DNA from: Verrucomicrobiota bacterium
GTDB taxonomy: Bacteria > Verrucomicrobiota > Verrucomicrobiia > Opitutales > Coraliomargaritaceae
Assembly: GCA_039815375.1 (NCBI GenBank)
Contig: JBCBZJ010000003.1
Span: forward strand, 32,001 to 96,000
Direction: 5' to 3'
Length of the DNA: 64,000 bases
Part shown: positions 35,363 through 47,099 of the stretch, in pieces
Layout of the letters: each line of letters begins with the position of its first letter
Numbering within the stretch: the first letter of the stretch is position 1
Notes under the pieces: model-generated
Databases searched by the model: none
Told to the model about the DNA's origin: nothing
The model's input: only the letters and a program-made list of their open reading frames with translations
Program-made: the position numbers and the translations under genes

Positions 35363-36994
35363 ATGTATCTACGCATTTGCCTCCTTCTACTTTTGTTCAG
35401 TATCGCAGGTTCGCCAATATGGGCGGAGCGGGATGCCCGCGCGGTGTTTGCAGATATAATTATGGCAGAGAAGGAGGATCAGGAGGCACTTGTCGAAGAA
35501 TTGGGTCAGTTTGGTGATGATTACATCAAGGATATTTATGAGGCATGGCGAACTGGCGGAGTCTATTCCATATCGAGAGCAGACCAAACCTTGGTTCTCC
35601 AGTTTACTGAAGAGCAGCAGTGGCAGAGCGTGCGTAGCGGTGAAATTATTCAGCTAACTGAGGAAGAAGCGGCTGCGGCAGAAAAAGAAAGACCAGCTCG
35701 ATCCCTGCGTCGCATGATGAAGAGCATTATCGATACTCTCGGCCTGAAGTCCGACGATTCCGCAGTTCGTATTGACTCTGCAATTAAAATGGGGCGCAGC
35801 CAGGACGCTGATTTCCTGTCTGCACTGAAGGGCCGGCTCGAAGTCGAGGATTCCAAGGATGTGAAGTTGGCCTTGCGCGAGGCGATTGCGATTAGCTTGC
35901 TGGCTAATGGCAGTGAAGAAGAAATTCTGGCATCCATCGCTGAGCTTGAGGAACTCAAGTCGATACCTTCCCGGGCGTTTCTTGAAAAGGTTCTAGAAAG
36001 TGAGGTAGCTGCTGAACGTGCCGAAAGTCCTCTCGCCAGTGCATGCAAAGAAGCACTGGTAACCATTGAGAGCCATATCAAGCGTTTGGAATTTTTCGGT
36101 AGCTTTTTCCGCGGGATGAGCACCGGCTCGGTTCTATTGATCGTTTCTTTTGGGCTGGCGATCACCTTTGGTTTGATGGGGATCATCAATATGGCCCACG
36201 GAGAGTTTGTCGCGATCGGTGGCTACACCACTTTTATGGTGCAGCAGTTTTTCATTAATACTTTTGGTCTGACGAGTTCTACCTTTGGCTGGTATTTTAT
36301 TGTCTCGTTGCCGCTCAGTTTTCTGGTTGCAGCTGGCTTGGGTCTGATTCTTGAGAAGTCCGTTATTCGTTTCCTCTATCGACGTCCATTGGAGTCCTTA
36401 TTGTGCACTTGGGGGATTTCAATGGTGATGCAGCAATCTTTTCGTCTGATTTTCGGAGCAGCGAATGTTCAGGTGAATAATCCGACTTGGCTGATGGGTA
36501 ATCTTAGCTTTGGCGGTTTTCAGATGAGCTACACCCGCTTGTTTATTTTGTTGTTGGCGATCGTGGTGGTCATTCTCACTTGGCTCCTTCTTCGTCGAAC
36601 GAATCTGGGCTTGCACATTCGTGCGGTCATGCAGAACCGAAGTATGGCGAGTAGTCTGGGTATACCCGTTGCGCGGGTAAATTCGATGACTTTTGCGTTG
36701 GGTTGCGGTTTGGCCGCCTTGGGTGGTGCTGCACTTTCTCAAATCGGGAACGTAGGCCCATCAATGGGCCAGGCGTATATCGTCGATTGCTTTATGGTCG
36801 TCGTGATCGGGAGCGTGGGGAACTTGCTGGGCGCAGGTCTTTCGGCCATGGGTATCGGTCTTTCGGATCAACTTCTCCAACCTTATTTGGGGCCGGTTAT
36901 GGGTAAGATAACTGTCTTCGCGATTATCATTCTTTTCCTACAATGGCGACCTGGCGGGATCTTTCCGACCAAGTCACGCAGCCTTGAAGATTAA
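35363..36994 (+). CDS. urtB: urea ABC transporter permease
   Basis: Periplasmic helical N-domain; [18 protein letters not shown]. Confidence 0.93.
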   Translation: MYLRICLLLLLFSIAGSPIWAERDARAVFADIIMAEKEDQEALVEELGQFGDDYIKDIYEAWRTGGVYSISRADQTLVLQFTEEQQWQSVRSGEIIQLTEEEAAAAEKERPARSLRRMMKSIIDTLGLKSDDSAVRIDSAIKMGRSQDADFLSALKGRLEVEDSKDVKLALREAIAISLLANGSEEEILASIAELEELKSIPSRAFLEKVLESEVAAERAESPLASACKEALVTIESHIKRLEFFGSFFRGMSTGSVLLIVSFGLAITFGLMGIINMAHGEFVAIGGYTTFMVQQFFINTFGLTSSTFGWYFIVSLPLSFLVAAGLGLILEKSVIRFLYRRPLESLLCTWGISMVMQQSFRLIFGAANVQVNNPTWLMGNLSFGGFQMSYTRLFILLLAIVVVILTWLLLRRTNLGLHIRAVMQNRSMASSLGIPVARVNSMTFALGCGLAALGGAALSQIGNVGPSMGQAYIVDCFMVVVIGSVGNLLGAGLSAMGIGLSDQLLQPYLGPVMGKITVFAIIILFLQWRPGGIFPTKSRSLED

Positions 36995-37018
36995 TGCCTT
37001 TATTCCCGGGGTTCACGT

Positions 37019-38128
37019 ATGCTTAATGCTGAAAACAAAAAAGAGGTAGGCATCTTCGGTCTGGTTTTAGGCCTGCTGATGTTGCTCCCCGTCTTCAATG
37101 CATGGGGTCCTGATGAAGGCTTGGGTTCGGTCAGCTCCTTCCAGGTCTCCCTCTGGGGTAAATATCTGACCTTCGCTATTTTGGCGATGAGCCTGAATTT
37201 ACTTTGGGGCTACACTGGACTGCTTTGCCTTTGCCAAAGTCTCTTCTTTGCCTTGGGTGGCTATGCAATGGGCATGTATTTGATGCTCATGATTGGAACT
37301 CGTGGAGCCTATAAGAGCGAGCTCCCCGATTTCATGGTCTTTCTTGGCTACCAGGATCTCCCGCCTCATTGGGGGCCTTTCAATAACTTCTGGTTCGCCT
37401 CCGGTGCGGTGCTTTGGGTGCCCGGAGTCGTTGCCTTCATTTTTGGATTTCTTGCCTTCCGCTCGCGAATCAAAGGAGTCTACTTTTCAATTTTGACGCA
37501 GGCACTGACCTATGCCGCCTGTCTCATGTTTTTTCGGAACGACTTTACCTTCGGTGGCAATAACGGGTTTACCGATTTTAAAGATATCCTCGGCTATGAT
37601 TTGAACGCCGAAGGGACCACTCGGGGCTTGTTTATCGCGACTGTCATTTTACTGGGAATCACGTATTGGATTACTTCCGGTTTACTGTCTTCAAAACTCG
37701 GTAAAGTTCAGCAAGCCATTCGCGACTCTGAGAATCGGGTGCTTTTCTCCGGCTACTCTACAACAAGCTACAAACTGGTTATTTTCGTATTGTCTGCGAT
37801 GATTGCCGGTGCAGCGGGAGCGCTCTATGTGCCTCAAGTCGGAGGCATTAACCCCAGCCTCATGGACGCAACAAAATCCCTCGAGGTCGTCGTCTGGGTT
37901 GCTGTCGGGGGTCGCGGCACGAAATGGGGACCAGTTATCGGAGCGGTTTTAGTCAACTATCTCAAGAGCTACACGACTCAAGCCTTCCCGGATTACTGGC
38001 TTATCATGATGGGCGGAATGTTCGTCTTCGTCGTGCTTTTCATGCCGGATGGTATTGTTGGTGTATTCAAGCAAGCCAAGGCCTACATTGCGCAGAAGCG
38101 GTCACTTCAAACTTCAGCAGCTGCCTAG
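37019..38128 (+). CDS. urtC: urea ABC transporter permease
   Basis: [28 protein letters not shown]. Confidence 0.94.
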   Translation: MLNAENKKEVGIFGLVLGLLMLLPVFNAWGPDEGLGSVSSFQVSLWGKYLTFAILAMSLNLLWGYTGLLCLCQSLFFALGGYAMGMYLMLMIGTRGAYKSELPDFMVFLGYQDLPPHWGPFNNFWFASGAVLWVPGVVAFIFGFLAFRSRIKGVYFSILTQALTYAACLMFFRNDFTFGGNNGFTDFKDILGYDLNAEGTTRGLFIATVILLGITYWITSGLLSSKLGKVQQAIRDSENRVLFSGYSTTSYKLVIFVLSAMIAGAAGALYVPQVGGINPSLMDATKSLEVVVWVAVGGRGTKWGPVIGAVLVNYLKSYTTQAFPDYWLIMMGGMFVFVVLFMPDGIVGVFKQAKAYIAQKRSLQTSAAA

Positions 38129-38132
38129 AACG

Positions 38133-38942
38133 ATGACGACTCAGCATCACGACCCACTCTACCGCGATACCCCGCTCATCCTCTCTGTTAGTGGTGTGAC
38201 GAAGGCTTTTGACGGCTTCAAGGCGATCGACGATCTCAACTTCTACCTCGAGGAGGGTGAGCTGCGCACGATCATTGGCCCCAACGGTGCCGGCAAGAGT
38301 ACGTTCATGGATATTATCACCGGCCGGACGCGTCCGGACGTGGGCTCTGTCACGCTCCATGAAGGGGACGGTCACGATGTGAATCTCGCCAAGCTGAAGG
38401 AGTATGAAATTAACCGGCTTGGGATCGGCCGTAAGTTCCAGACGCCATCCATCTACAAGTCTCACACCGTTTACGACAATATTGTCCTTTCCCTGAACAA
38501 GGACCGTGGTGTTTTCAAAACGCTTTTCTACCGTGAGTCTCAAGAAGACCGTGATCGCATTATGGAAGTGCTCAAGACTGTCCGCCTGGATGGGCGAGCC
38601 AAGGATCTGGCAGGGATGCTCTCCCATGGACAAAAGCAGTGGCTCGAAATTGCCATGCTCCTTGCCCAAGATCCTCGTATTCTCCTAATTGATGAGCCTG
38701 CCGCCGGCATGAGTGACGAAGAGACGGAGCGGACCGGGGAGTTGCTTCTCAGCCTCGAAAAGAAGCACAGCCTTATCGTGATTGAGCATGATATGGAGTT
38801 TATCCGCCAGATCGCTCGCAAGGTTACGGTTTTGCATCAGGGCCATGTTCTCAAGGATGGCAGTTTCGAGCACGTCAAGGCCGACCCGGAAGTCATTGAA
38901 GTCTATCTGGGGCGCCAAGGTAAAAAGACTGAAAACAACTAG
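38133..38942 (+). CDS. urtD: urea ABC transporter ATPase
   Basis: GPNGAGKST, GRKFQTP, LSHGQKQWLEI. Confidence 0.94.
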   Translation: MTTQHHDPLYRDTPLILSVSGVTKAFDGFKAIDDLNFYLEEGELRTIIGPNGAGKSTFMDIITGRTRPDVGSVTLHEGDGHDVNLAKLKEYEINRLGIGRKFQTPSIYKSHTVYDNIVLSLNKDRGVFKTLFYRESQEDRDRIMEVLKTVRLDGRAKDLAGMLSHGQKQWLEIAMLLAQDPRILLIDEPAAGMSDEETERTGELLLSLEKKHSLIVIEHDMEFIRQIARKVTVLHQGHVLKDGSFEHVKADPEVIEVYLGRQGKKTENN

Positions 38943-38952
38943 ATTGCCTGAC

Positions 38953-39684
38953 ATGATTTCTGAAGCTGAAGCGCCCAAATCTGATCCTCTACTCTCCGTA
39001 GAAGGGCTCAAGGCGAGCTATGACGAGTCTATCATTCTTCGTAGCATCGATATGATCGTGCCGAAGAACTCGGTGGTGGCACTACTCGGTCGCAATGGAG
39101 TCGGTAAGACCTCCTTGCTACGCAGCATCATGGGCTTAATGCCGCGGACGGAGGGAGTCATATCCTTTGAAGGAAAGCCCATCGAATCCCTACGCTCTGA
39201 CCAGCGTGCACGGATGGGACTCGGCTACGTGCCCCAGGGGCGCGATATTTTTCCTAACTTAACGGTGCGGGAAAACCTCGAAGTCAGCCTCAGCATTGCA
39301 GGTAAGGCAGGGAAAGAACGCCTTGAACAAGTGTATGAACTTTTTCCCGTTGTTAAGGAAATGCTGGGCCGCAAAGGCGGCGTGCTTTCCGGCGGCCAGC
39401 AACAACAGCTTGCAATTGGACGTGCGCTTCTGACTAATCCTAAGTTGCTCATCCTGGATGAACCAACAGAGGGTATCCAGCCTTCGATTATCGACCAGAT
39501 CGAAGATGCAATTCACGCCCTCAAAAAAGAAGGTGACTTGAGTATTATATTGGTTGAGCAATACCTCGATTTCGCCAAGGCTGCGAGTGATACCTATTAC
39601 ATCCTTGATCGCGGTAGTGTAGTCCAGTCCGGAGAATCGGAGAACCTAACCGCCGAGATTATCGAAAAATACCTTACCGTTTAA
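38953..39684 (+). CDS. urtE: urea ABC transporter ATPase
   Basis: GRNGVGKT, LSGGQQQQLAI, DEPTEGIQP. Confidence 0.94.
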   Translation: MISEAEAPKSDPLLSVEGLKASYDESIILRSIDMIVPKNSVVALLGRNGVGKTSLLRSIMGLMPRTEGVISFEGKPIESLRSDQRARMGLGYVPQGRDIFPNLTVRENLEVSLSIAGKAGKERLEQVYELFPVVKEMLGRKGGVLSGGQQQQLAIGRALLTNPKLLILDEPTEGIQPSIIDQIEDAIHALKKEGDLSIILVEQYLDFAKAASDTYYILDRGSVVQSGESENLTAEIIEKYLTV

Positions 39685-39695
39685 TCTGAGCTACC

Positions 39696-39998
39696 ATGCA
39701 ACTCACCCCGCGCGAACGAGATAAACTGATGATTGTGGTCGCGGCCGACTTGGCGCGTCGCCGCCAGGCACGTGGCGTAAAGCTGAACCACCCTGAATCA
39801 ATTGCCATCATCACTTACGAGCTTCTAGAGGGTATTCGTGATGGTAAGTCCGTGGCCGACCTGATGAGTTTCGGCACCAGTATTTTAAAGAAAGATGACG
39901 TGATGGAAGGCGTGCCTGAAATGATTCACGAAGTGCAAGTCGAAGGCACCTTTCCCGACGGCACGAAACTAGTCACCGTTCATAATCCAATTCGATGA
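39696..39998 (+). CDS. ureA: urease subunit gamma
   Basis: [25 protein letters not shown]. Confidence 0.98.
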   Translation: MQLTPRERDKLMIVVAADLARRRQARGVKLNHPESIAIITYELLEGIRDGKSVADLMSFGTSILKKDDVMEGVPEMIHEVQVEGTFPDGTKLVTVHNPIR

Positions 39999-40306
39999 TT
40001 CCCGGCGAATACAAATACTCCGATCCGAATGCCATGATCGCGGCCAATTCCGGGCTTGAGACGATAGTTCTGAAAGTTGCTAACACGGGTGACCGTCCGG
40101 TTCAAATTGGCAGCCATTTTCATTTCTACGAAGTAAATACTGCTCTCAACTTTGACCGTGATGCGGCAAAAGGCTTTCGCTTGAATATCGCTGCAGGCAC
40201 CGCGGTTCGTTTCGAGCCGGGCGACGTCCGTGAGGTTGAGTTAGTCGCCCTCGCCGGCGCTCGCCAGGTCTATGGCTTGAATAACCGTGTTGATGGCTCG
40301 CTCTAG
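39995..40306 (+). CDS. ureB: urease subunit beta
   Basis: [27 protein letters not shown]. Confidence 0.98.
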   Translation: MIPGEYKYSDPNAMIAANSGLETIVLKVANTGDRPVQIGSHFHFYEVNTALNFDRDAAKGFRLNIAAGTAVRFEPGDVREVELVALAGARQVYGLNNRVDGSL

Positions 40307-40339
40307 TCTTTAATCCTATACCATAACCCATTTTTCCTT

Positions 40340-42073
40340 ATGAGCCTAGAATTTACCCACCGGCAGTATGCGGAAATGTTTGGCCCGACCGTGGGTGACC
40401 AGGTTCGCCTGGCGGATACAGAACTCTTTATTGAAATTGAGAAAGACCTTATCGCTGAAGGAGGAGGCTACGGCAACGAAGTGAAGTTCGGCGGCGGAAA
40501 AGTCATTCGCGACGGCATGGGGCAGTCCCCTCTGGCGACTGGTTCGGATTGCCTCGATCTGGTTTTAACCAACGCAACCATTATCGACCCGATCCTCGGG
40601 GTGATCAAAGCCGACATTGGCGTGAAGGATGGTCGTATTGCCGGTGTTGGCCATGCCGGTAACCCCTTAATTCAAGACGGCATCGCGGAGGGCATGGTTA
40701 TTGGCGCAGGCACCGAGGTTATCGCGGCCGAAGGGCACATTGTCACAGCAGGTGGCTTTGACTCACATATTCACTTTATTTGCCCGCAACAGATTGAAGA
40801 AGCGCTAACAAGTGGAGTCACGACCATGACCGGTGGAGGGACAGGCCCAGCCACTGGAACGAATGCGACGACCTGCACGCCGGGTGCATGGAACATCGCT
40901 AGGATGCTGGAAGCGGCGGAGCAGTTTCCCATGAACCTTGGTTTCATGGGTAAGGGGAATGCTTCGAACCTGGAGGCTCTTCGGGAGCAGGTCGATGCCG
41001 GTGCGATGGGGCTAAAGTTGCATGAGGACTGGGGCACCACGCCGAGCGCGATTGATCACTGTCTTACCGTGGCTGACGAGCTGGATGTTCAAGTGGCGAT
41101 CCATACGGATACGCTAAACGAATCCGGGTTTGTTGAAACCACGATTGGTGCCTTTAAGGATCGTGTGATCCACACATTCCACTCGGAAGGTGCGGGTGGT
41201 GGCCACGCTCCCGATATCATGAAGGTTTGCAGTCTTCCTAATGTGCTGCCGTCTTCCACAAATCCTACACGACCTTTCACGGTGAATACGATCGATGAGC
41301 ATCTTGATATGCTCATGGTCTGCCACCACCTTGATTCCAAGATTCCTGAAGACGTCGCTTTCGCGGAATCACGTATCCGCCCACAGACGATTGCTGCAGA
41401 AGACATTCTTCATGACCGCGGAGCAATCTCGATTATGTCGAGCGACAGTCAGGCGATGGGGCGGGTTGGTGAAGTACTCATTCGCACCTGGCAAACCGCT
41501 GATAAGATGAAACGTCAGTTCGGTAAACTGGAATCGGAGTCGCATCCTGCTGCGGACAACTTTCGCGTGCTGCGCTACATTGCCAAGTATACGATCAATC
41601 CGGCAATCGCTTGCGGCTGTGCTGCTGAAGTGGGTAGCCTGGAAGTCGGCAAGTTAGCGGATATAGTTCTCTTCAAGCCTGCAATGTTTGGCGTGAAGCC
41701 CGAGCTCGTTGTGAAAGGCGGGTTTATTGCAACGGCCAATATGGGCGATCCGAATGCATCCATCCCAACGCCACAGCCCACTTATTACAGGCCTCAGTTT
41801 GCCTCTTTCGGCGCTGCGCCTGCCAAGACCTCCATTACTTTTGTCAGCAAGTCCGCTTACGAAAGCGGCCTCGGCGAAAAGCTTGGTTTGAAGAAGATGG
41901 TGAAGCCTGTTTCGAACACTCGAACGATTTCAAAGCACGATATGGTCCTCAACGATTCGATGCCCGAGATCGAGATCGACCCGGAAACCTACACGGTGAC
42001 TGCTGATGGTGAGGTCCTTGCCTGTGAGCCTGCGACTGAACTGCCGATGGCACAGCGTTACTTCCTCTTCTAG
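40340..42073 (+). CDS. ureC: urease subunit alpha
   Basis: Ni ligands present: [28 protein letters not shown]. Confidence 0.98.
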   Translation: MSLEFTHRQYAEMFGPTVGDQVRLADTELFIEIEKDLIAEGGGYGNEVKFGGGKVIRDGMGQSPLATGSDCLDLVLTNATIIDPILGVIKADIGVKDGRIAGVGHAGNPLIQDGIAEGMVIGAGTEVIAAEGHIVTAGGFDSHIHFICPQQIEEALTSGVTTMTGGGTGPATGTNATTCTPGAWNIARMLEAAEQFPMNLGFMGKGNASNLEALREQVDAGAMGLKLHEDWGTTPSAIDHCLTVADELDVQVAIHTDTLNESGFVETTIGAFKDRVIHTFHSEGAGGGHAPDIMKVCSLPNVLPSSTNPTRPFTVNTIDEHLDMLMVCHHLDSKIPEDVAFAESRIRPQTIAAEDILHDRGAISIMSSDSQAMGRVGEVLIRTWQTADKMKRQFGKLESESHPAADNFRVLRYIAKYTINPAIACGCAAEVGSLEVGKLADIVLFKPAMFGVKPELVVKGGFIATANMGDPNASIPTPQPTYYRPQFASFGAAPAKTSITFVSKSAYESGLGEKLGLKKMVKPVSNTRTISKHDMVLNDSMPEIEIDPETYTVTADGEVLACEPATELPMAQRYFLF

Positions 42074-42082
42074 TTACTGATC

Positions 42083-42532
42083 ATGCAATTGGTGACGGAG
42101 AGTCTGCCGCAGGTTTCGGACGATCTTGAGCGTGTCCTGTTGATTGTGGATCGGCATAAGTTGGCTCGTAAAAGATGGCGTGGCGTAGCCGAAGATGGAA
42201 CAGATTTTGGGTTCGATGTGATCGAAGCCTTGTCGCATGGTGATTGTATCCATATTTCGGATACGAAAGCCTATTTTTTAGAGCAATCGCCGGAGGCCTG
42301 TTTTCTGATTGGTCTTACTGAAGCGAAACATGCGGCCTGGCTGGGCTGGATGATTGGCAATCTGCATTTTAAAGCAGCATTCTCGGATGAAGGGGTCCTT
42401 GTCCAGGACGATCTCGCAGTTGAGCAAATGCTGGAACGAGAACATATTCACTACCATCGGGTGGAGCGTATCTTCAGGCCAAGTAAACAGGGTGGCCATT
42501 CACATAATCATCACCACGACCATAGCCACTAA
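42083..42532 (+). CDS. ureE: urease accessory protein UreE
   Basis: IGNLH motif and His-rich C-terminus. Confidence 0.9.
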   Translation: MQLVTESLPQVSDDLERVLLIVDRHKLARKRWRGVAEDGTDFGFDVIEALSHGDCIHISDTKAYFLEQSPEACFLIGLTEAKHAAWLGWMIGNLHFKAAFSDEGVLVQDDLAVEQMLEREHIHYHRVERIFRPSKQGGHSHNHHHDHSH

Positions 42533-42533
42533 G

Positions 42534-43241
42534 ATGAGTGAACGTACTTGTGACGAGAGCTGGGTGCCTGCGCTGCTTCAAATCTCAGACCCGCTCTTCC
42601 CGACAGGTGCCTATGCCCACTCAATGGGCCTGGAGCAATGGGCTGCAACTTGTGGCTACCGTTCAGGCGAAGATCTGACCGCTTTTTTTAAAACACATGC
42701 GGGGCCTTCCTTGGCTCGCTTGGAACTTCCCTATCTGCGAGAGCTCCGCAGAGCAGCTTCTGATGGCTTATGGGAGCAGGTCTTCGAACTGGAGTCCATG
42801 GTCGACGCGTGGAAGTGGTCGGCAGAGCTTCGTGAGGCGAGTGTCGCTCAAGGCCGTGGAAGATTGAGATTGCTGAAGAAAATCTGGCCGGAATCGATGG
42901 CGTTGGAACGCTATAGCAAGGCTCGCTCGGAGGGGCTTGTTCCAGGGCACCATCTGACGGTGTCGGCTATTCAGTTTGATCTCCTCAATGTTCCCGAGAG
43001 GGAAAGTTTTATGGCCTATGGGTATCAGAGTCTGGCAAATTTCGTTTCTGCTTCTGTGAAGCTCTTGAGAATTAGTCCGGAATCAGCCCAGTTGGCATTA
43101 CATGCGGGGCTGGCGGAGCTACCAGAGTGGGTGCGCCTTTCCGAAGAAGTAGAGCTGGCCGACGCTGGCTGGTTTGCACCGGCCTTCGATATTGCCTCGG
43201 CTAGACATGCAACGGCATTTTCGAGACTCTTTATATCATGA
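42534..43241 (+). CDS. ureF: urease accessory protein UreF
   Basis: [17 protein letters not shown]-terminal SRLFIS. Confidence 0.92.
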   Translation: MSERTCDESWVPALLQISDPLFPTGAYAHSMGLEQWAATCGYRSGEDLTAFFKTHAGPSLARLELPYLRELRRAASDGLWEQVFELESMVDAWKWSAELREASVAQGRGRLRLLKKIWPESMALERYSKARSEGLVPGHHLTVSAIQFDLLNVPERESFMAYGYQSLANFVSASVKLLRISPESAQLALHAGLAELPEWVRLSEEVELADAGWFAPAFDIASARHATAFSRLFIS

Positions 43242-43867
43242 TTGATAGACCTACTCCACGTCCTGTTCGAATTGGTATCGGAGGTCCAGTCGGCTCCGGT
43301 AAGACGATGCTTCTCCTGCGACTCATTGAGAAGCTTCATGAGAAATACTCTCTCGTTGCCATCACCAACGATATTTATACGAAGGAAGATGAACAGTTTC
43401 TTGTTAATAACAGCTCGCTCGAGTCGGGGCGTGTCTTAGGAGTAGAGACTGGCGGTTGTCCGCATACGGCAATTCGCGACGATACGAGTATGAACGAGGT
43501 GGCAGTCGAAGACTTGGTTACCAACTATCCCGATACTCAGGTTGTTCTCATCGAGAGCGGTGGCGATAATCTTTCAGCGACATTTTCGCCGGATTTGGTG
43601 GATGCCTTTATCTATGTGATTGATGTGGCGGAAGGTGATAAGATTCCTCGCAAGGGCGGCCCGGCAATCAGATTTTCTGATCTGATGATCATCAATAAGA
43701 CCGACCTTGCCCCACTGGTTGGTGCAGACCTTTCTGTGATGGAGCGGGACTCCAAGCTAATGCGAGAAGAGCGCCCATTTGTTTTTTGTGACCTTAAGAG
43801 CTACAAAGGTCTGGATGATGTTGTTGCCTGGTTGGAGAAAGAGTGCTTTTTCGCCATAGGAACCTGA
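43238..43867 (+). CDS. ureG: urease accessory GTPase UreG
   Basis: [25 protein letters not shown]. Confidence 0.97.
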   Translation: MIDRPTPRPVRIGIGGPVGSGKTMLLLRLIEKLHEKYSLVAITNDIYTKEDEQFLVNNSSLESGRVLGVETGGCPHTAIRDDTSMNEVAVEDLVTNYPDTQVVLIESGGDNLSATFSPDLVDAFIYVIDVAEGDKIPRKGGPAIRFSDLMIINKTDLAPLVGADLSVMERDSKLMREERPFVFCDLKSYKGLDDVVAWLEKECFFAIGT

Positions 43868-44715
43868 TGTTGACTGATGAGACAGTTCGCGACGCGGTTC
43901 GTGGTGGCCTTCGCCTTCGGTATGAGGTAAGTGGGGAGGCCGAAACAAATCTTGCTCAACAATGGGTTCGTCCCCCGATGCACCTGGCTAAGGTTTACCA
44001 TGAAGACGGCTGGGCGACGAATCTCCTGACCAGTCCGACTGCAGGCCTTCTCTCAGGAGACCTATTGGAAGTGGACGTTGAACTTGGTCCCGATACCAGG
44101 GTTGCACTAATCAGTCCTGCCGCCTGCAGGGTCCACACCATGGAAACAGGTCACGCTGAAGTCGTCCAGCATTACAGTGTCGGGGAAAACGCGACGCTCG
44201 ATGTTTGGCCGGCTCCAATCATGCTTCAGGCTGGGGCTTCTTTAAAGCAAACGACCCGCTTGGATGTTGCCGCTTCAGCGCAGGTTTTATTCTGTGAAAT
44301 CGTCTCGCCGGGCCGTGCGGCACATGGCGAAAGCTTTGCTTTTGAGAGCTGGCGTTCCCGATTCGAGATTTATTGTGGGGGCAAACTCAGTAACTTGGAA
44401 AATTTTGATTGTAGACCTGCATTCGGTGATGCCGAGAACTGGAAGAAACTTTATCCCAACGCCAGTTATGCCTGTATCTACCTCTTGGCGGAGGACTGTT
44501 CAGAACAAATCGTTCATCTGGCTCACAAGCTGGAAACACCAGATGCAGCACTTGGTGCGAGTATGCTCAATCGCGGTGGAGTCAGTTTTAAAGTCCTCGC
44601 AGGCGATGGTATCGCTCTGCGCAAATGCATTTTTCAGTTGCGCGAACTCGCTGCGCGCGAGCTGGAAATTTCCTTGCCAAGAACTGTCAGGCGCGCCCAG
44701 ACCTTCTTTTACTAG
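43867..44715 (+). CDS. ureD: urease accessory protein UreD
   Basis: GLLSGD, PGRAAHGESFAF; last gene of the ure operon. Confidence 0.88.
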   Translation: MLTDETVRDAVRGGLRLRYEVSGEAETNLAQQWVRPPMHLAKVYHEDGWATNLLTSPTAGLLSGDLLEVDVELGPDTRVALISPAACRVHTMETGHAEVVQHYSVGENATLDVWPAPIMLQAGASLKQTTRLDVAASAQVLFCEIVSPGRAAHGESFAFESWRSRFEIYCGGKLSNLENFDCRPAFGDAENWKKLYPNASYACIYLLAEDCSEQIVHLAHKLETPDAALGASMLNRGGVSFKVLAGDGIALRKCIFQLRELAARELEISLPRTVRRAQTFFY

Positions 44716-44748
44716 CTGAGGAGTGAGACTTGCCAGATAATCGGAAAT

Positions 44749-44782
44749 AAAGCATTTAACTTGACATCAAGCTAAATGCTTT
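44749..44782. promoter_or_regulatory. MarR operator overlapping -35 TTGACA
   Basis: 34-bp near-perfect palindrome AAAGCATTTAACTTGA-CA-TCAAGCTAAATGCTTT. Confidence 0.8.
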
Positions 44783-44795
44783 CACTTTGTGACCT

Positions 44796-45242
44796 ATGGC
44801 TAAGATATACAAGCACTCCGGCACGCATCTTTTCCTTCTTTTTTGGAAAGCTTCGCATGCGGTGATGCGTTACGATCAAAGCAGTATCAGCGCTTCTGGT
44901 TTTAGCTCGCTATCCGACTTCGCGGTTCTGGAAGTGCTTCTTCACAAGGGCTCGTTACCCGTTAACACAATCGGCGAGAAGGTCCTGCTAACGAGTGGTT
45001 CGATTACGACAGCAGTTCAACGTCTCGAGAAAAAGGGACTTGTTCGCAGGGAGAAGAGTGATGCTGATGCCCGAGTTGTGCTCGTCCATCTGACCGCAGA
45101 GGGTCGCAGCTTAATCGAAGAAGCATTTCTTGAACATACGTCTAATCTCGATCGTCTTTTTGCGGTCTTGGACGATGAGGAACGCGAGCAGTTTGCCAAT
45201 CTCATACGCAAAATCGGCACTCATGCAGAAAAGCTGAAATAA
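44796..45242 (+). CDS. MarR-family regulator (MhqR-like)
   Basis: FAVLEVLLHKG...LLTSGSITTAVQRLEKKGLV...DAR. Confidence 0.9.
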   Translation: MAKIYKHSGTHLFLLFWKASHAVMRYDQSSISASGFSSLSDFAVLEVLLHKGSLPVNTIGEKVLLTSGSITTAVQRLEKKGLVRREKSDADARVVLVHLTAEGRSLIEEAFLEHTSNLDRLFAVLDDEEREQFANLIRKIGTHAEKLK

Positions 45243-45254
45243 AATTTACACAAA

Positions 45255-45272
45255 TATCTCTATATCAAGATA
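45255..45272. promoter_or_regulatory. second MarR-type operator, upstream of pirin
   Basis: TATCTCTATATCAAGATA resembles the core of the first operator (TAACTTGACATCAAGCTA). Confidence 0.6.
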
Positions 45273-45293
45273 AATAGTTTAGAAGGACACATC

Positions 45294-46010
45294 ATGAATA
45301 CAAACAAGCAGATTACGCGTGCCGACGAGCGCATGCACACCAAGATCGACTGGCTTGACAGTCGGCACAGCTTCTCTTTCGGCGGGCATTACGATCCCGA
45401 GCGGATGGGTTTTGGGCCACTGCGTGTGGTCAATGAAGACCATGTTGCACCTGGTGGTGGCTTTCCCGCACACCCGCATAGTGACATGGAGATCATCAGC
45501 ATCGTTCTCGATGGTCAACTTGAGCACAAAGACAGCTTGGGCAATGGCCGGACTATCGAAACCGGCGATATCCAATACATGAGTGCCGGAAGCGGCGTCG
45601 TCCACAGCGAGTTCAATCCTTCGGATGAGAACCCGGTCCACTTCATGCAGATATGGATTCAGCCTAATGCGATGGGCCTCGAGCCACGCTATGCCGATCA
45701 GCCGATCATCGGTGAAGTCGAAAATGCGTGGAAACTCATTCTTTCACCCGATGGGCGCGATGGTTCGATGGCAATTCGGCAGGATGTCGAGCTACGCACT
45801 GTTCAACTGAGCCAAGGCGCATCGATCGAATACGAAACGGATCAGTCTGGGCGTGGCTTCTGGCTTTTCGTGATCGAAGGCGAAGTTGAGGTCGACAGCA
45901 ATCAGCTGGCGACAGGCGATTCGATTGCGACTCAGGGATTTGAGAGTCTCAAGATGATGAATCGATTGAATCCGACTGCAAAAATCATGTTATTTGATCT
46001 GCCTCTGTAG
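45294..46010 (+). CDS. pirin-family protein (YhhW-like)
   Basis: WLDSRHSFSF, HPHSDMEI, HKDSLGN, HSEFN, QIWI. Confidence 0.93.
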   Translation: MNTNKQITRADERMHTKIDWLDSRHSFSFGGHYDPERMGFGPLRVVNEDHVAPGGGFPAHPHSDMEIISIVLDGQLEHKDSLGNGRTIETGDIQYMSAGSGVVHSEFNPSDENPVHFMQIWIQPNAMGLEPRYADQPIIGEVENAWKLILSPDGRDGSMAIRQDVELRTVQLSQGASIEYETDQSGRGFWLFVIEGEVEVDSNQLATGDSIATQGFESLKMMNRLNPTAKIMLFDLPL

Positions 46011-46054
46011 TTTTATGAGCTCGAACGCGTTTCATCAGCAAAACCAAAATACCA

Positions 46055-46963
46055 ATGCTACCAGATCCAGATACCTTGATTTCAACCGCAGCGGAAGATG
46101 TTGATTCTTTCGATGGCGTTCTCGTCGATGTCCGTATACCCGAAGCGTTTGGCGAAGCCCACATTCGAGGAGCCGTCAATTTTCCAGTCTATCAAGTGGA
46201 CTTTCTTAAGAATTTCCCGGCAGCCTATCCTGATAAGTCGACCAGGATCTTGGTTTATGGTGATGGTGGCCCTTACAAGGCCGATATGGCTGCGGTTGGC
46301 CGCCTTGAGTATCTCGGCTATTCCAATGTGAGTGTGCTTGAAGGTGGGCTCGACGGATGGAAAGCCGATGGTCGATCTATAGAAGGCTCAGGCATTGCGG
46401 AAGTGGACTTCGCATCAGGAAGATTTGGGCTCGACGTCGAACGCACCAAAGTTCGTTGGGTCGGACGCAATCTCATGAATCAGCATGATGGCGAGGTGGC
46501 CGCAAGCGGAGGCTTCGTGGAAGTCGACGAGAGCGGAGTGCCGGTTGCAGGCAAGGTTACGGTGAACATGAAAGAGATGACCTGTCACGACTTGGAAGAT
46601 AAGTCGCTGGCTGCAGGACTAATTAGCCATCTGTCAAATGCAGATTTCTTTGATGTCGAGAATCACCCGGAGGCGTCGATTGAACTGACGGATGCTGAGG
46701 CAATCGAGGGCGCGAGCTATGGTCTATCGAACTTCAAAGTCTCCGGCTTACTTTCGGCACGTGGACGCTCCGTAAAGATAACTTTCGACGCCTTGGTTCA
46801 ACCGATCGAAGGTGGCTATGTCTTTCAAGCGAACTTCGACTTCGACCGCACGCAGCTCGGTGCGCTTTACGGTTCGGGCCGTATCTTCGAACGCCTCGGC
46901 ATGCACATCGTCAACGACATGGTTAGCATGGATATAACCGCGTTCTTCACTGTATCCGAATAA
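46055..46963 (+). CDS. rhodanese-like + YceI fusion protein
   Basis: DVR..F...HIRGA and LEGGLDGW (rhodanese); HLSNADFFDVENHP and DRTQLG (YceI). Confidence 0.85.
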   Translation: MLPDPDTLISTAAEDVDSFDGVLVDVRIPEAFGEAHIRGAVNFPVYQVDFLKNFPAAYPDKSTRILVYGDGGPYKADMAAVGRLEYLGYSNVSVLEGGLDGWKADGRSIEGSGIAEVDFASGRFGLDVERTKVRWVGRNLMNQHDGEVAASGGFVEVDESGVPVAGKVTVNMKEMTCHDLEDKSLAAGLISHLSNADFFDVENHPEASIELTDAEAIEGASYGLSNFKVSGLLSARGRSVKITFDALVQPIEGGYVFQANFDFDRTQLGALYGSGRIFERLGMHIVNDMVSMDITAFFTVSE

Positions 46964-47099
46964 CCACTACATGAAGCTTTATTAGGATTACGCCCTTAGC
47001 TTTATGATTCCATTCGTCAAGCAAGCTGAGCTTGTTTGCAGTAACAGTGCACGTCGTTCGGGTTACAACTTGGTCACTTACGGCGTGTTCTAAGTATTC

